64,000 nucleotides of DNA from Polyangiaceae bacterium. Its GTDB lineage: Bacteria; Myxococcota_A; Polyangia; Polyangiales; Polyangiaceae. A model generated the notes under the pieces. It searched no databases and was not told where the DNA came from. It was given only the letters and a program-made list of their open reading frames with translations. The stretch lies in the NCBI GenBank assembly GCA_044376115.1, contig JBILLK010000014.1, positions 1 to 64,000 on the forward strand, read 5' to 3'. Both the position numbers and the translations under genes were made by a program. Position 1 is the first letter of the stretch. Each line of letters begins with the position of its first letter. Below, in pieces: positions 49,140 through 59,422 of this stretch.

Positions 49140-51617
49140 TCAGTAGAGCGGTCCGCTGCCTCCAGCGGAGCCCGTTCCACCACCTGTGCCACCCGCGCCA
49201 GGGAGACCAAACGACAGCGTGTTATTCGTGAGAACACCGGTCGTCGACAATCGGAATACCGCGTAGCTAGGACCACCGGCGCCGCCTCCGCCCGCGCCGC
49301 CATTACCGGCTTTACCGCCGTTACCGCCCTTACCGCCTTGGCCAATCTGCGTTGTACAGTTATTGCCCCCCAGCGCTCCAGTGCCGCCGGCTCCGCCGAT
49401 TCCGCCTACTCCGCCGTTGCCACCGTTTCCGCCATTGCCCGCCTCGATAACGTTGTTGATTAGGGTTACGGTCGTGCCGCTGGCCAGCAGAAACACCCCG
49501 AACGAGCCACCGCCGCCAGCGCCGCCGGCGCCGCCCGTGCCTCTACATCCGCCAGCGCCACCGCCACCGCCGCCATTCCCCTGAGCGTCATTGCACGAGG
49601 CGCAGCTCTGGGCACCGCCACCGCCGCCGCCTCCACCGCCGTTGCCATGAACGCCAAGTCCACCGGCCGCTCCAACTGAAGAGGCCCAGAAGCCCCCGAC
49701 GACACTCCCGCTCGACCCGCCGGTGCCACCCGACCCGTTGGCTCCTGCGCCACCGTTGGTGCCATTCTGACCAGTTCCACCAGGGTTTCCCCACATACCG
49801 CCAGTGCCGCCCAAGACGCCGGAGACGCCGGAGAGGCCGGTTGATCCGTTGTTCTGACCGTCTGCGCCGCCTTTGCCCCCCACACCGCCGGTCCGACCGC
49901 AGGTTGAGATCCCGCCCGCGCCGCCCGGGCCTCCAGGCCCATCGTCATCGCAGGTCGTCTCGCTGCCTACGACCCCATCGCCGCCATCGTCCCCTGCGGT
50001 GCCTGCAGTACCGGCAGCGCCTGGCCCTGCACTGCCGGCAGAGATCGTATTGTTCTTCAGCACCAGGCCGTCACAATTGTTACAGTAAACAGCATAGTTA
50101 TTGGTACCCGCGACGGAGGTATCTAGCGTCCGGATATTAAAGTAGTCCACCGTCGTAGTGGACAAGATATTGCTCCCATCCAACGCGGTCACTCGACCTC
50201 CAGTAACCGTTGATGAGCGCAACTCTGCGGTATAGAGAGCGCTTCGCTGCCAGCCGTTGGAGGATGAGTAGCCGCCGTGAAGCGAAACCCCAGCCGCTAG
50301 CACGACGCGTGCGTTGTAGACGCCATCGGAGACCAGGACTCTCGACTTTCCCTGAGCCTGAGCCAACGAGATTCCCGTGACCACGCTCGCTACCGGGTCC
50401 AAGATCGTACCTTGATTTAGATTGTTTCCATCGACGCTCACGAAGATGGCGTCCCCAATATCTCCATCGATTCCGTCGCAGTTCGCGTCGACGAAGGCAT
50501 CATCCGGCTCGTCGGTTGCGCTGGTCACCGTACATGCATATTCACATCCGTTCGTGGAGGAGCCGTCGAGGTCGACGAACCCGGGTAGGCAAGCAACGAA
50601 CGTGCAGCCACCGCCGACACAACTGGTTTCGGCGTTAGGGATGACGGCGGCGCAATCGTTGCCGCAGGAGCCGCAAGCAGCAGGGTCAGCCATGAGGTCG
50701 ACTTCACAGCCATCCGAAGACAGACCGTTACAGTCGTCGTGATCATTCAAGCACTGCCCGATAACGCAGACGTCTCCGGCGCAACTGGCCGAGGTATTGG
50801 GCGTACTGCAGGCAATGCCACAGCCGCCACAGTTTAGCGCATTGTTGAAGACGTTGGTCTCACAGCCGTTGGCTGCGTTTTCATCACAATCCCGGAATAG
50901 CTCGTCACAGGCCTCTATGACGCATTCGCCCTGTACACACTCGCCTGAGCCAAAGGCTGGGCTACAGGGTTTGTTGCATGCTCCGCAGTGTTTATTCGAG
51001 CTGCTGAGGTCCGTCTCGCAACCGTTCGTAAGGTCTGCGTCGCACGCGCCAAAGTTGGTGGGGCAGTTGGACACGCTTCCGACCATCGGCACCACCGTGT
51101 CTGCAACCGTGACGCCTGCGACATCGTGAACCACCACCACGTTCTCGGCGGGGAGCGTGCTCGTTGCTTCCGTGGCGGCAAAGCTCACCTCAAACCAAAG
51201 GGACTCGCCTGAAGCCCTGGTGAAGGGCAGCGACTCTTCAACACGCAACAAGGTCTCTGGCGCGCCCGGATCCGGCTCGAAGCGAAGCACCCTTACCTCG
51301 AACTCCGGAGCGTCCACGCTTGCCTGGCGGAAGACCACATCCGCGTTCGTCTCGTTGTCGATACGAAAGAGCCTCTTTTCCAGCTCTCCGGCTGGTACTT
51401 GGCCAAAGTCGAGTTCAGCCTGCGACTTGCAGTCCGCCTCGGGAACTTGCTCCTCCAAGACGCACAGGCGAACGCCCTCGGGATCAACCTCGCTACCTCC
51501 GCTGCCGCCTCCACCCTCCGAAGGTGACTCTCCTGCTGCACAGCCAGAGCTAAGCAGCGACAAAAGACTTCCAGCAAGGGTCGTAAGCGCAGACGAGCGA
51601 ACGCTAAGAAGACGCAT
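49140..51617 (-). CDS. Surface lipoprotein with Cys-rich DxxxxNGCE repeats, a beta-helix-like region and a Gly-rich tail
   Basis: Lipobox SSGC. CDADLTNGCE-type repeats, FVDANCDGIDGD, IFVSVDGNN...GVSLHGGYS and a PE_PGRS-like Gly run. Confidence 0.75.
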   Translation of the reverse strand: MRLLSVRSSALTTLAGSLLSLLSSGCAAGESPSEGGGGSGGSEVDPEGVRLCVLEEQVPEADCKSQAELDFGQVPAGELEKRLFRIDNETNADVVFRQASVDAPEFEVRVLRFEPDPGAPETLLRVEESLPFTRASGESLWFEVSFAATEATSTLPAENVVVVHDVAGVTVADTVVPMVGSVSNCPTNFGACDADLTNGCETDLSSSNKHCGACNKPCSPAFGSGECVQGECVIEACDELFRDCDENAANGCETNVFNNALNCGGCGIACSTPNTSASCAGDVCVIGQCLNDHDDCNGLSSDGCEVDLMADPAACGSCGNDCAAVIPNAETSCVGGGCTFVACLPGFVDLDGSSTNGCEYACTVTSATDEPDDAFVDANCDGIDGDIGDAIFVSVDGNNLNQGTILDPVASVVTGISLAQAQGKSRVLVSDGVYNARVVLAAGVSLHGGYSSSNGWQRSALYTAELRSSTVTGGRVTALDGSNILSTTTVDYFNIRTLDTSVAGTNNYAVYCNNCDGLVLKNNTISAGSAGPGAAGTAGTAGDDGGDGVVGSETTCDDDGPGGPGGAGGISTCGRTGGVGGKGGADGQNNGSTGLSGVSGVLGGTGGMWGNPGGTGQNGTNGGAGANGSGGTGGSSGSVVGGFWASSVGAAGGLGVHGNGGGGGGGGGAQSCASCNDAQGNGGGGGGAGGCRGTGGAGGAGGGGSFGVFLLASGTTVTLINNVIEAGNGGNGGNGGVGGIGGAGGTGALGGNNCTTQIGQGGKGGNGGKAGNGGAGGGGAGGPSYAVFRLSTTGVLTNNTLSFGLPGAGGTGGGTGSAGGSGPLY

Positions 51618-51875
51618 CTTCCTAGTGAACCAGAGCCGAGCGCCCTTGTCGAACGTGCGGCATCATTGCAGCACCCGCTCCGACTGGATCAGAGCTACCC
51701 CACTGGATCGCTGGCCTCGAGAACGGCCGAGACAGGCGCGCCTTCGCAATGTCCAAAGCTCCAACAGCTTGAGCATCGGGGCACCGCTTTTCGCAAAGAA
51801 GCACAAAGCTTCGGTTTGGGATTCAGCAGAGCAAAGGGCCCAAGACTGCGGCATGGACGTGCTCCAGCTCAGCCG

Positions 51876-53866
51876 ATGGACCACACTGATTTTTGGACCA
51901 AGCCCTCCTCGCTCCGCCTCGAGGTAGAAGGCGTGGCTGGACTCGACGTTCGTGAGTTCAGAATTGTCGACCGTCTCAACGAGCTCTTCAGCGTGGAACT
52001 CGTGGTCGTCTCAAAGGATGCAGCGTTGGACCTCGAGGCTCTCATTGGGCAAGGAGCCCGATTCACGATCGAGCTCGATGAGGCGAGCTACGGCCTTTCG
52101 CGACGCAACTTTCGCGGCTTGTTTCGGAGATGCATCACCTGCGAGCGGAAGAGCACGGTCTCTCCACCTACCAACTGACTGTCTCGCCCGAGTTCTGGCT
52201 GCTCACGCAGCGCTCGAACTGTCGCGTTTTTCAACAGATGACCGACATCGACATCGTCAAGACGCTCCTTGGTGAGTGGAACCTTCAAGTGGAGGACCGC
52301 TGCGCTTCCAGCTTCAAACCTCGGAAGTATCGCGTCCAATATCAAGAGACGGACTTCGCGTTCGTGAGCAGACTGCTCGAGTCAGCAGGTATTACTTATA
52401 CAGTTGAGTCGAGTGATAGCGGCGCGCAGGTGCTGCTGATGGATGCGCCGGAGCGCGGTGTAGAGCGGGCGGGTTCGCTCGAGCATCAGGACGCTCCGAT
52501 GGCTACGACGAGGTATGCAACCAAGATGCGCGCCTCACGCGCCGTTACCTCCGGCCATGTGTCGATAGCGGATCACGACCACCGCATGCCCAACGCGCCC
52601 CTTGTCAGCAGCGCAATCGCGAGCCAGCAATCAACCGAAGCCAGGCTAGAGAAGTTCATGTATTCCCCCGGCGCCTTCCGCTTCGGCGGGCCTGGGCCCA
52701 ATGACACGCCCACAGCAGACGATCGTGGCAGGACTCGCACCGATATGACCGAGGCGCGTAGAATAGCGAGTCAAGTCGCCGCCGCGTCGATGGCCCGCGC
52801 TCGACGCTACCAGTTTGAGTCAAACGCGCTCGACCTGTGGCCGGGCCTGCGGGTCACCGTTACCAATACCCCCATCGCTGAACGTGTCGGGCAACTGCTG
52901 ATTACCGGCACCACGATCACGGGCACGCATGACACTCACGGTATGGTGGTTGTGGAGGCCGCCACTGCGGCGGCCGCCTACAAGCCCGTGATGCGGACGC
53001 CGCGACCCGCTATTTACGGCATTGAGACCGCTACCGTTGTTGGGCCGGCTGGTGAAGAGCTCCACTGCGACGAATTCGGACGAGTGCGAGTGCAGTTCCA
53101 CTGGGACCGTTACGGCCGTATGGACGAGATGAGCTCCTGCTGGATCCCAGTCAACCAACCCTGGGCTGGCGGCGGACTGGGCGGCATCAATATTCCGCGC
53201 ATTGGACAGGAGGTAATGGTGAGCTTTCTGGGAGGCGATCCAGAAGAGCCGATGGTGGTTGGTAGAATGTTTACCAACTTGAACCGACCACCGTGGCCGC
53301 TCCCCGGGAACGTCAACCAAAATGGCTTCAAGAGCCGGACAATTGGCGGCTCGGCTGATCAGTTCAATATGTTTAGAACCGATGACACGCCCGGCCAGGA
53401 AGAGATGGCTGTCCAAGCCGAGAAGGACTTCAACAAGCTCGTCAAGAATGATGAGACCAAGAAGATCTTGCGGCACAAGGTTCAGGAAGTGGGAGGAGAC
53501 CGCAGGAATGCTATTGCCGGCAGTGATAGCGAGTCTGTAGACGGCAATCAGACCCAGTCGGTGCTCGGCGAACAGCTAAGTTCGGTCTTGGGCAACAAGA
53601 TGGCTAGCGTTTTGGGCGATCTCATATCGTCAGCAGGTGGTCAGCGGGTGCTTCAAACCGCCTTGGAGATGGCATCCAGCGCGCTCGCGCACCGGTTCAC
53701 CAGTGAGACGGGGACAACCCTATCGGTAGGCCAATCGATGATCCACATGACTCCGGACGCCATCGTGATCCAATCGCCGAAGATCTTGCTGAACCCGGGG
53801 GAAGAGATTGCACAGCAAGCGGTTCTGACTGGCCAGACACCGTCTCCGGCCGCCACCGCCTCATGA
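51876..53866 (+). pseudogene. vgrG: VgrG/TssI spike protein with a one-base frameshift near 52120
   Basis: N-terminus LDVREFRIVDRLNELFSVEL...RRNFRGL is in one frame. VSEMHHL...RVFQ, YRVQYQETDFAFVSRLLE, DEFGRVRVQFHWDR and IPRIGQEVMVSFLGGDP are in the -1 frame. Confidence 0.85.
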
Positions 53867-54777
53867 AGCTCCTGCGCGCTACATTCCTGGGCATTCGAGG
53901 GCTACGTGATCTGACGATCGACTTCGCCGCGGGTGACTCTCATCCCCACCCTACCGTCCTGCTTTTTGGCGGACCTGCAAGCGGCAAGACGCGCATTCTT
54001 GAGGCGCTCTTGGCAGCAAAGGATGTCCTTGCACCGTACGGAGCGCCCACGCGTGGGGCGCCATGGGTCGGGCCAGGCAACTCAGCGGCAAAGGTAGAGC
54101 TCACCTTCGTCTTGGACGCGGAGGAGTGCGCTGATGCAGGCTTCACCGAGGCCACCGTAACCGCTGAAACCATCTTTACCGAGAAGCGCTGTCAAAGAGA
54201 GGCACCCGAAGGCCTCATCTCCCTGCTCCAGCGCTATGAGCATGATCCGCGGTTCGGCAAGTTTGAATACTTTCCGGCTAACCGCACACTTCCACCACCT
54301 GGGGTTGCTGCTGGCCTCTCCGCCGCAGAACAACGCTTGCTCCGAACAACCAGAGACCCGCGCAAATATAGCTTCGTACCGCGGCTAATTGCAGCCATGG
54401 CAGGCGCGCCGGAGCTGAGCCAACGCTTCGCTAGCACACTATCGAAGCTATGCCCGACCTTGCAGTTTCTGCCCGGGTCACCTGCAGATCCATTGCGTTG
54501 TTTCTCCAGCGGCGGCGGCGCCGCCTCGCTCCCGCACGAGCTTTGCGGAACGGAGACGGATGCATTGATTCTGGCTGCTACGGCGGTCCTCGTCCGACTC
54601 GACAGGTCGATACTATTCATCGACCGACCGGAACTTGGGACAGAGGATAAGGGGTTTGCCCAGTGGCTCGACGGGGTGCACGCCATGGCACCAAACGCCC
54701 AAGTCATCTTGGCGAGTTCGAGTACAACCTTAATGGCGAATCTTGAACCGCGCGCAGTCGTTCAATTAGGAGCCTGA
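53863..54777 (+). CDS. ABC/AAA_21-like ATPase with degenerate motifs
   Basis: GIRGLRDLTIDF, Walker A GGPASGKT, YFPANR, signature-like LCGTE, Walker B ILFIDRPE and QVILASSS (no His). Confidence 0.75.
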   Translation: MKLLRATFLGIRGLRDLTIDFAAGDSHPHPTVLLFGGPASGKTRILEALLAAKDVLAPYGAPTRGAPWVGPGNSAAKVELTFVLDAEECADAGFTEATVTAETIFTEKRCQREAPEGLISLLQRYEHDPRFGKFEYFPANRTLPPPGVAAGLSAAEQRLLRTTRDPRKYSFVPRLIAAMAGAPELSQRFASTLSKLCPTLQFLPGSPADPLRCFSSGGGAASLPHELCGTETDALILAATAVLVRLDRSILFIDRPELGTEDKGFAQWLDGVHAMAPNAQVILASSSTTLMANLEPRAVVQLGA

Positions 54778-54781
54778 CGCG

Positions 54782-55210
54782 ATGCCCGCTTACTATCTCA
54801 ATGAGGCGGCTTTCGACCTGCCCGACGGAGATGTCATCGACAACACCGTCCACACTTTGAGCGTTGGGCTCGAGTCGGGCGACGCCGTTGGCTTTGCGGT
54901 CGCACGTCGTCCTCTCGGCGACGACAAGCCCTTTCGTGAATTCGTAGACGAACATTTGCTACGCGAGCGCACGGCTCTACGTGGATACTCATCGGTACAT
55001 CTACGTGATGTCGAGCTGACGAACGCCTCGGCCATCGACTGCGCGGCGTTCTGGCGCGGCAGCGACGGAACGATGGTGTACCAACGCCAGTGCCACCTTC
55101 CTGCCAATGGGGTCTGGCTAATCCTCAATGCCACCGTTGCAGCGGCAGCGCGCGAGGGCTGTGACGCATTCTTTGACAACGTCCTCGCGAGCCTTCGGCT
55201 CCGCGAGTAG
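54782..55210 (+). CDS. DcrB/DUF1795-like T6SS adaptor
   Basis: YYLNEAAFDLP...DNTVHTL, VYQRQ and C-terminal FDNVLASLRLR. Confidence 0.8.
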   Translation: MPAYYLNEAAFDLPDGDVIDNTVHTLSVGLESGDAVGFAVARRPLGDDKPFREFVDEHLLRERTALRGYSSVHLRDVELTNASAIDCAAFWRGSDGTMVYQRQCHLPANGVWLILNATVAAAAREGCDAFFDNVLASLRLRE

Positions 55211-55263
55211 TCCTCGATTCACCCACCTTTGACCGCTCTGAATTCTCACCTGTCGAGGCGTCC

Positions 55264-56841
55264 ATGACTGCTGCGTATGAATATGCTGCTGCAACCTGTG
55301 TCGATGGCCTCACTTCAGCCAAGGCCGAGGAACTCTCACTTGCCAAGATGCGACGCCGACGTCGCGAAGCCGGCGAGAAGGAGCTAATCGGCAAGCTGGG
55401 AAAAAAGCCGAGCAAGGACGCAGTAGCGGCCGCCAAAGCTCAAGCCGCCCAAGAGGCCTCACAACTGACCATCAACGATTGGCGGCGTTCCGTCGTTGAT
55501 AAGCTCGGTAGCGCACAAGAGGGGGACTACGCGGGCTACTCAACTGGCACGGGAAAGAACCGCTCCAAGGTGACCCTAACAGAGGGACAAGCCAACGCGA
55601 TGCACGCTGCATCCAAGGCGCTTGGGCCCGACAAGTCCGGCAACCTCAAATGGCAATCAGCAGCGCAGCTCGAGCAGCTACTCAACGGCACGCTGCCGGG
55701 GGCCGCGAACGAATTCACTGCCGACAAGTACAGCTCGCGACGCCGCCCGATGTTTGGATATCTCGGGACGAAGGGTCTTATCTACGATCCCGACTGGCAG
55801 CCCGAGACCAGCGTTTCCTATGTCCAGACCACCAAGGCTGCGGACGGCACGGTGGTAAAGAAGAAGTATTATCCCGATCCTTTGACTGTGCCCTATGTCG
55901 TCCACCGACCGGGCATCTTCACACCGACATTTGGCTCCTTCGTCAAGGTGACCAACCCTGCGGAGGGCGGAGGAACCACCTATGCGCGTGTGCTCGAGGG
56001 AGGGCCCACAGGGAAGCACGGAGCCGAAGCGTCGCTCAAAGCACTTGAGGCAATTGCGGCGCCCGGGCAGTCGGTGAGCCCAACCGGGACGGACATCGGC
56101 GACATAACCTTCAAGCCGATTGGGCGCCCACCCGCCTATGCGGGCGGCTACAAAGTTGGCGTGGACGACCTCAACAATGAGGAGATTCAACTCGCAGGCT
56201 GGTTGATAGACAAGAAGGGCGTCAACCACATAGGTACGCACGACCAGCTCAAGGATGCCATCGCCAAGGTAGGCAAAGAGGCTGAGGACAAAGCCAAGGC
56301 GTTGGGGCTTGATCCCAAGAATCCAGGGAAAAAGGCTACGACTGAAGCGCCGCCGGCCACGCCTCCCCCGCCCGCCGGTGCTGGGCCGCTGCTCCTGACC
56401 GGTTTTCCAACCGTCGCCATCGGGCCTGAACTCAACTGTGCTGGCTACGCTGATGCCGCCTGCGAACATGAAGCTGGCGGCTCCGTTGCGGAGGGCGCGT
56501 GGGGTATCTTCGTTGGGGAGAGCCCGTTGGCTCGTGTCGGCGACAAGACCACCGATCAGCTCAACGTAAAGACGGGAAATCCGGAGGTTCAGGTTTTTGG
56601 CCCTCCCTCCAGCGCCAAGCTCCAGAAAGAGGCGCCCGTTCCCAAGGCGGTCCCGCTCGAAGTGCTACGGCGTGGCGAGAGCAGCGAGATGGTGAAGCTC
56701 GTGCAACGGAAACTTGGGGTTTCGCCGACCGGACTATTTGGGTCGAAGACACAAGCGGCAGTGCGCGCCTTCCAAAAGGCGAATAACCTGCGTGTCGACG
56801 GCGTCGTGGGAGAGAAGACCTGGGGCGCACTTCTGAGGTAG
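55264..56841 (+). CDS. Putative T6SS effector: GH75-like domain, internal PAAR-like domain and PG-binding domain
   Basis: QPETS...VPYVV...YARVLEGGPTGKHGAEAS (about aa 175-290). VAEGAWGIFVGESPLARVGD...TGNPEV (about aa 376-447). LRRGESSEMVKLVQRKLG...VRAFQ...VDGVVGEKTW at the C-terminus. Confidence 0.7.
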   Translation: MTAAYEYAAATCVDGLTSAKAEELSLAKMRRRRREAGEKELIGKLGKKPSKDAVAAAKAQAAQEASQLTINDWRRSVVDKLGSAQEGDYAGYSTGTGKNRSKVTLTEGQANAMHAASKALGPDKSGNLKWQSAAQLEQLLNGTLPGAANEFTADKYSSRRRPMFGYLGTKGLIYDPDWQPETSVSYVQTTKAADGTVVKKKYYPDPLTVPYVVHRPGIFTPTFGSFVKVTNPAEGGGTTYARVLEGGPTGKHGAEASLKALEAIAAPGQSVSPTGTDIGDITFKPIGRPPAYAGGYKVGVDDLNNEEIQLAGWLIDKKGVNHIGTHDQLKDAIAKVGKEAEDKAKALGLDPKNPGKKATTEAPPATPPPPAGAGPLLLTGFPTVAIGPELNCAGYADAACEHEAGGSVAEGAWGIFVGESPLARVGDKTTDQLNVKTGNPEVQVFGPPSSAKLQKEAPVPKAVPLEVLRRGESSEMVKLVQRKLGVSPTGLFGSKTQAAVRAFQKANNLRVDGVVGEKTWGALLR

Positions 56842-56852
56842 TCGAGGAGCCG

Positions 56853-59414
56853 GTGAGTGAAGGTCGAGATAGCCGCCCAGTGTCGAGTCGCGGAGAAGCC
56901 GTCGAGATTCGCGGGCATGCCCCCTTCGATGCAGCCGTGGTTGTCTGGCAACGACGAGGCGAAACAGTCGCTACCGTCATTGCCAAGGCGACGTACGCGC
57001 TCGAGCCCGAGGTGTGTCCGCTCTTAGAAGAGCCGGACGCCATCCAGCGGATCGACGAGACGTGGGACGACCAAACAGGGAGGAGCGTAAGAGTCCCCTC
57101 CGATTTGGCTCCTATCAAGTGCGGCTACGACGTCCTCGTCGTAGGCCACGCTCACGCTCCGAAGGCTGCGACGCGTGTGCTCGTGCGGCTCGTCATCAGC
57201 TCAATCGACAAGAGCGTTGAGGCGCGTGTTCCGTGCCGCGTGTCCGCAGATGGAAAAGTTGAAGCCGGCCCGCCGCTGTTACGATTTCCACTGCGCTATG
57301 AGGTGGCTCCACTCACAGCGGCCAATCCAGTTGGCATCGATCCGAGGGTCTACGACAAGGTCGCTGGTAACTACCGCTTGCCGCAACTGCTGCCTCCCGA
57401 CCTCGCGGTCAAACCGGGCCAAGAGCTGCCTTTTGTTGGGCTAGGCCCGATTGCACCTACCTGGCCGACCCGCGATAGCCTGTTGCGAACGGAGGACAGA
57501 GAGTGGCTGCAGGCTATGTCGCATAAGCCGCAGCCGAACGGATTTGATCCCAACTACTTTACAGTTGCCCCGCTCGACCAACGCGCTGACGCACCCTTCC
57601 GCGCCGATGAACGATTGGTGCTTGAGTGCCTTCATCCGCAGTATCCTCGACTGACAACCACACTTACAGCCGCGACTCCCATGCTGACGTCTTCCCTCGG
57701 GGGAGCGTTGCCAGAGCTCGTTGCGGACACCCTGCTGATTGATTCGGATCGCGGAATTGTAACGCTCACCTGGCGTGCCCAGCTCGCGATCGACCTTCGT
57801 CGACAAACGCGAATCGCGGTTCGGCCGCGTGGCAATAGTTGGGTCAACAAGAGGAGCGCGGCCATCTCTGCTCAGTCGTTCGCTCAAGCAGAAACGCACG
57901 ATGGCGAAGGGGAAACATTACTGGAGGCGCTCAACACAACGAGCGCGGATGGCAACCCTGACCTCGCTGCCGTGTTGCCTTTCCTCACTCGCGCACCGAG
58001 TGCTCCGCGGCAAAGCGGGCTGCCAGAGGCCGGCCTTCCGTTCCGTTCGGCTCCACCTGCGCCGCCAAGCAACCATCGCACTGTGCCGCCGCCTCCACCA
58101 TCGATTGCGGCTACTTCGTCCCGAACGCCAGGTGCAACCGTCGCTAGTGCAACGCTGTCCGCACCGCCTTCGGTCCTGCCGAAGCCATCGGCGGTTGGTG
58201 TGCCGCTTCAACCACCGCCCATTGCCGCGCCTCTGCTGCAGGCCCCAGCTTCTGTTCCGCCTCAGTCGCTGCCTATCCCGCAACAAGCTGCGCCTCCGCT
58301 ACCGCCCCCCCCACCGGCTCCTCCGCCGCAGCCGCTGGGGACTCAGCTTCATCCACCGCTGACTCGTCCCCCGCCGCCAATCGTTCAGCAAGCGCCGATG
58401 CCGACGCCTGGCCCGAGCAACAGCGCTCCGCAGGCGAGCCCTCCGCTACGCGCTACCTTTCAAGCCCTCGAGAGCCCGCGACGCGAGGCGACGGAACCTG
58501 CGCCCTTTGGAGCTGCATTCCCGAGCCGCTCAAAACCGGCGATGATTCCGAGCGCCAAATCAGCCTCCGACGGAGCAGCTGATAGGCGCCCGGATACCAA
58601 GTTAGCCGACAAGGACGCCAAGACGGAAACATCCGTCAGGCGCTGCTTGGTGGATCTACTGTGGCACGATGCGCAACTTCCCCGGCGGCTCCGCAGGGGC
58701 AAGAGCTTTACCCAAGTACTGGCCGACTTCTCGCCACCCAAGGGGCACAGAAGACTGGACGAGGCTGAAGCGGACCGCGACCGAGAGGATCGCGCCAAGC
58801 TGGATGTTCTGCGCGTCTTGTCGTGCGGGGAGCCAGCGCGAATCAGTGACCTGAGCAGCTTGGCGGACGAGCAGATGGAGGACGCCAACGATCTCGAGAT
58901 CCCAGTTTTTCTGGTTAGCGGGGAGCTTCGTCCAAGTTTTGATGAACTGGCGGCGCTCAAAGCGGCCGTTCGAATCTCTCAGCCTTTGGCGGCAAACGAT
59001 AAACGACTGCTCTCCGTGCTCGCCGTGGCCAATGAAGTGTTGGCTGGGAGTAGCCCGCCCAGCAGCGAAACGACATCATCGCTGCTCAAGCAAATCGAAT
59101 CAGCTACGACGGGCCTCAATCTTCCCGCTCGGTACGTCGCCGACAGCGTGGAGAAGTCACTGCTGGAAACCCGCGCCTACAGGAAACGTGGCATCCTTGG
59201 CGAATCTCGCATTCGCTGTGATCTGCTGGTTCCGAGCGCTACAGCCTGGCCCTGCTACGTGATTGAAGAAGTTGCTCAGAAACTCCCACTGCTACCTTCG
59301 TTTCCAATCGTGGCCCTGGTTGAAGTTAGGCCGCGCGAAGACGCTAGTGAAGCCCACTCGGAGTCGCTGCTCGTGGTCGCCCTCGGGAGAGTGCTGCGTA
59401 GAAGTCGCTTGTAA
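56853..59414 (+). CDS. DUF2169 T6SS accessory protein with Pro-rich linker and C-terminal extension
   Basis: TVIAKATY, PSDLAPIK...DVLVVGHAHAP, GPIAPTWP, YFTVAPLDQR and ADTLLIDSD...LTWRA. Confidence 0.85.
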   Translation: MSEGRDSRPVSSRGEAVEIRGHAPFDAAVVVWQRRGETVATVIAKATYALEPEVCPLLEEPDAIQRIDETWDDQTGRSVRVPSDLAPIKCGYDVLVVGHAHAPKAATRVLVRLVISSIDKSVEARVPCRVSADGKVEAGPPLLRFPLRYEVAPLTAANPVGIDPRVYDKVAGNYRLPQLLPPDLAVKPGQELPFVGLGPIAPTWPTRDSLLRTEDREWLQAMSHKPQPNGFDPNYFTVAPLDQRADAPFRADERLVLECLHPQYPRLTTTLTAATPMLTSSLGGALPELVADTLLIDSDRGIVTLTWRAQLAIDLRRQTRIAVRPRGNSWVNKRSAAISAQSFAQAETHDGEGETLLEALNTTSADGNPDLAAVLPFLTRAPSAPRQSGLPEAGLPFRSAPPAPPSNHRTVPPPPPSIAATSSRTPGATVASATLSAPPSVLPKPSAVGVPLQPPPIAAPLLQAPASVPPQSLPIPQQAAPPLPPPPPAPPPQPLGTQLHPPLTRPPPPIVQQAPMPTPGPSNSAPQASPPLRATFQALESPRREATEPAPFGAAFPSRSKPAMIPSAKSASDGAADRRPDTKLADKDAKTETSVRRCLVDLLWHDAQLPRRLRRGKSFTQVLADFSPPKGHRRLDEAEADRDREDRAKLDVLRVLSCGEPARISDLSSLADEQMEDANDLEIPVFLVSGELRPSFDELAALKAAVRISQPLAANDKRLLSVLAVANEVLAGSSPPSSETTSSLLKQIESATTGLNLPARYVADSVEKSLLETRAYRKRGILGESRIRCDLLVPSATAWPCYVIEEVAQKLPLLPSFPIVALVEVRPREDASEAHSESLLVVALGRVLRRSRL

Positions 59415-59422
59415 GAAGCAGG

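Noticed and set aside
49140..51617. RTX-type substrate for the T1SS
   Set aside because: It has an N-terminal lipoprotein signal, and its Gly-rich tail lacks GGxGxD nonapeptide repeats.
51618..51875. Sigma54 promoter upstream of vgrG
   Set aside because: Candidate GG/GC pairs have 9- or 11-nt spacing instead of the required 10.
52082..52178. Programmed ribosomal frameshift in vgrG
   Set aside because: No X XXY YYZ slippery heptamer or long homopolymer at the junction. A simple indel is more parsimonious.
53863..55210. Anti-phage ATPase plus nuclease system (Septu/PARIS-like)
   Set aside because: The neighbour is a DcrB-like adaptor, not an HNH or TOPRIM nuclease, and the context is a VgrG cassette.
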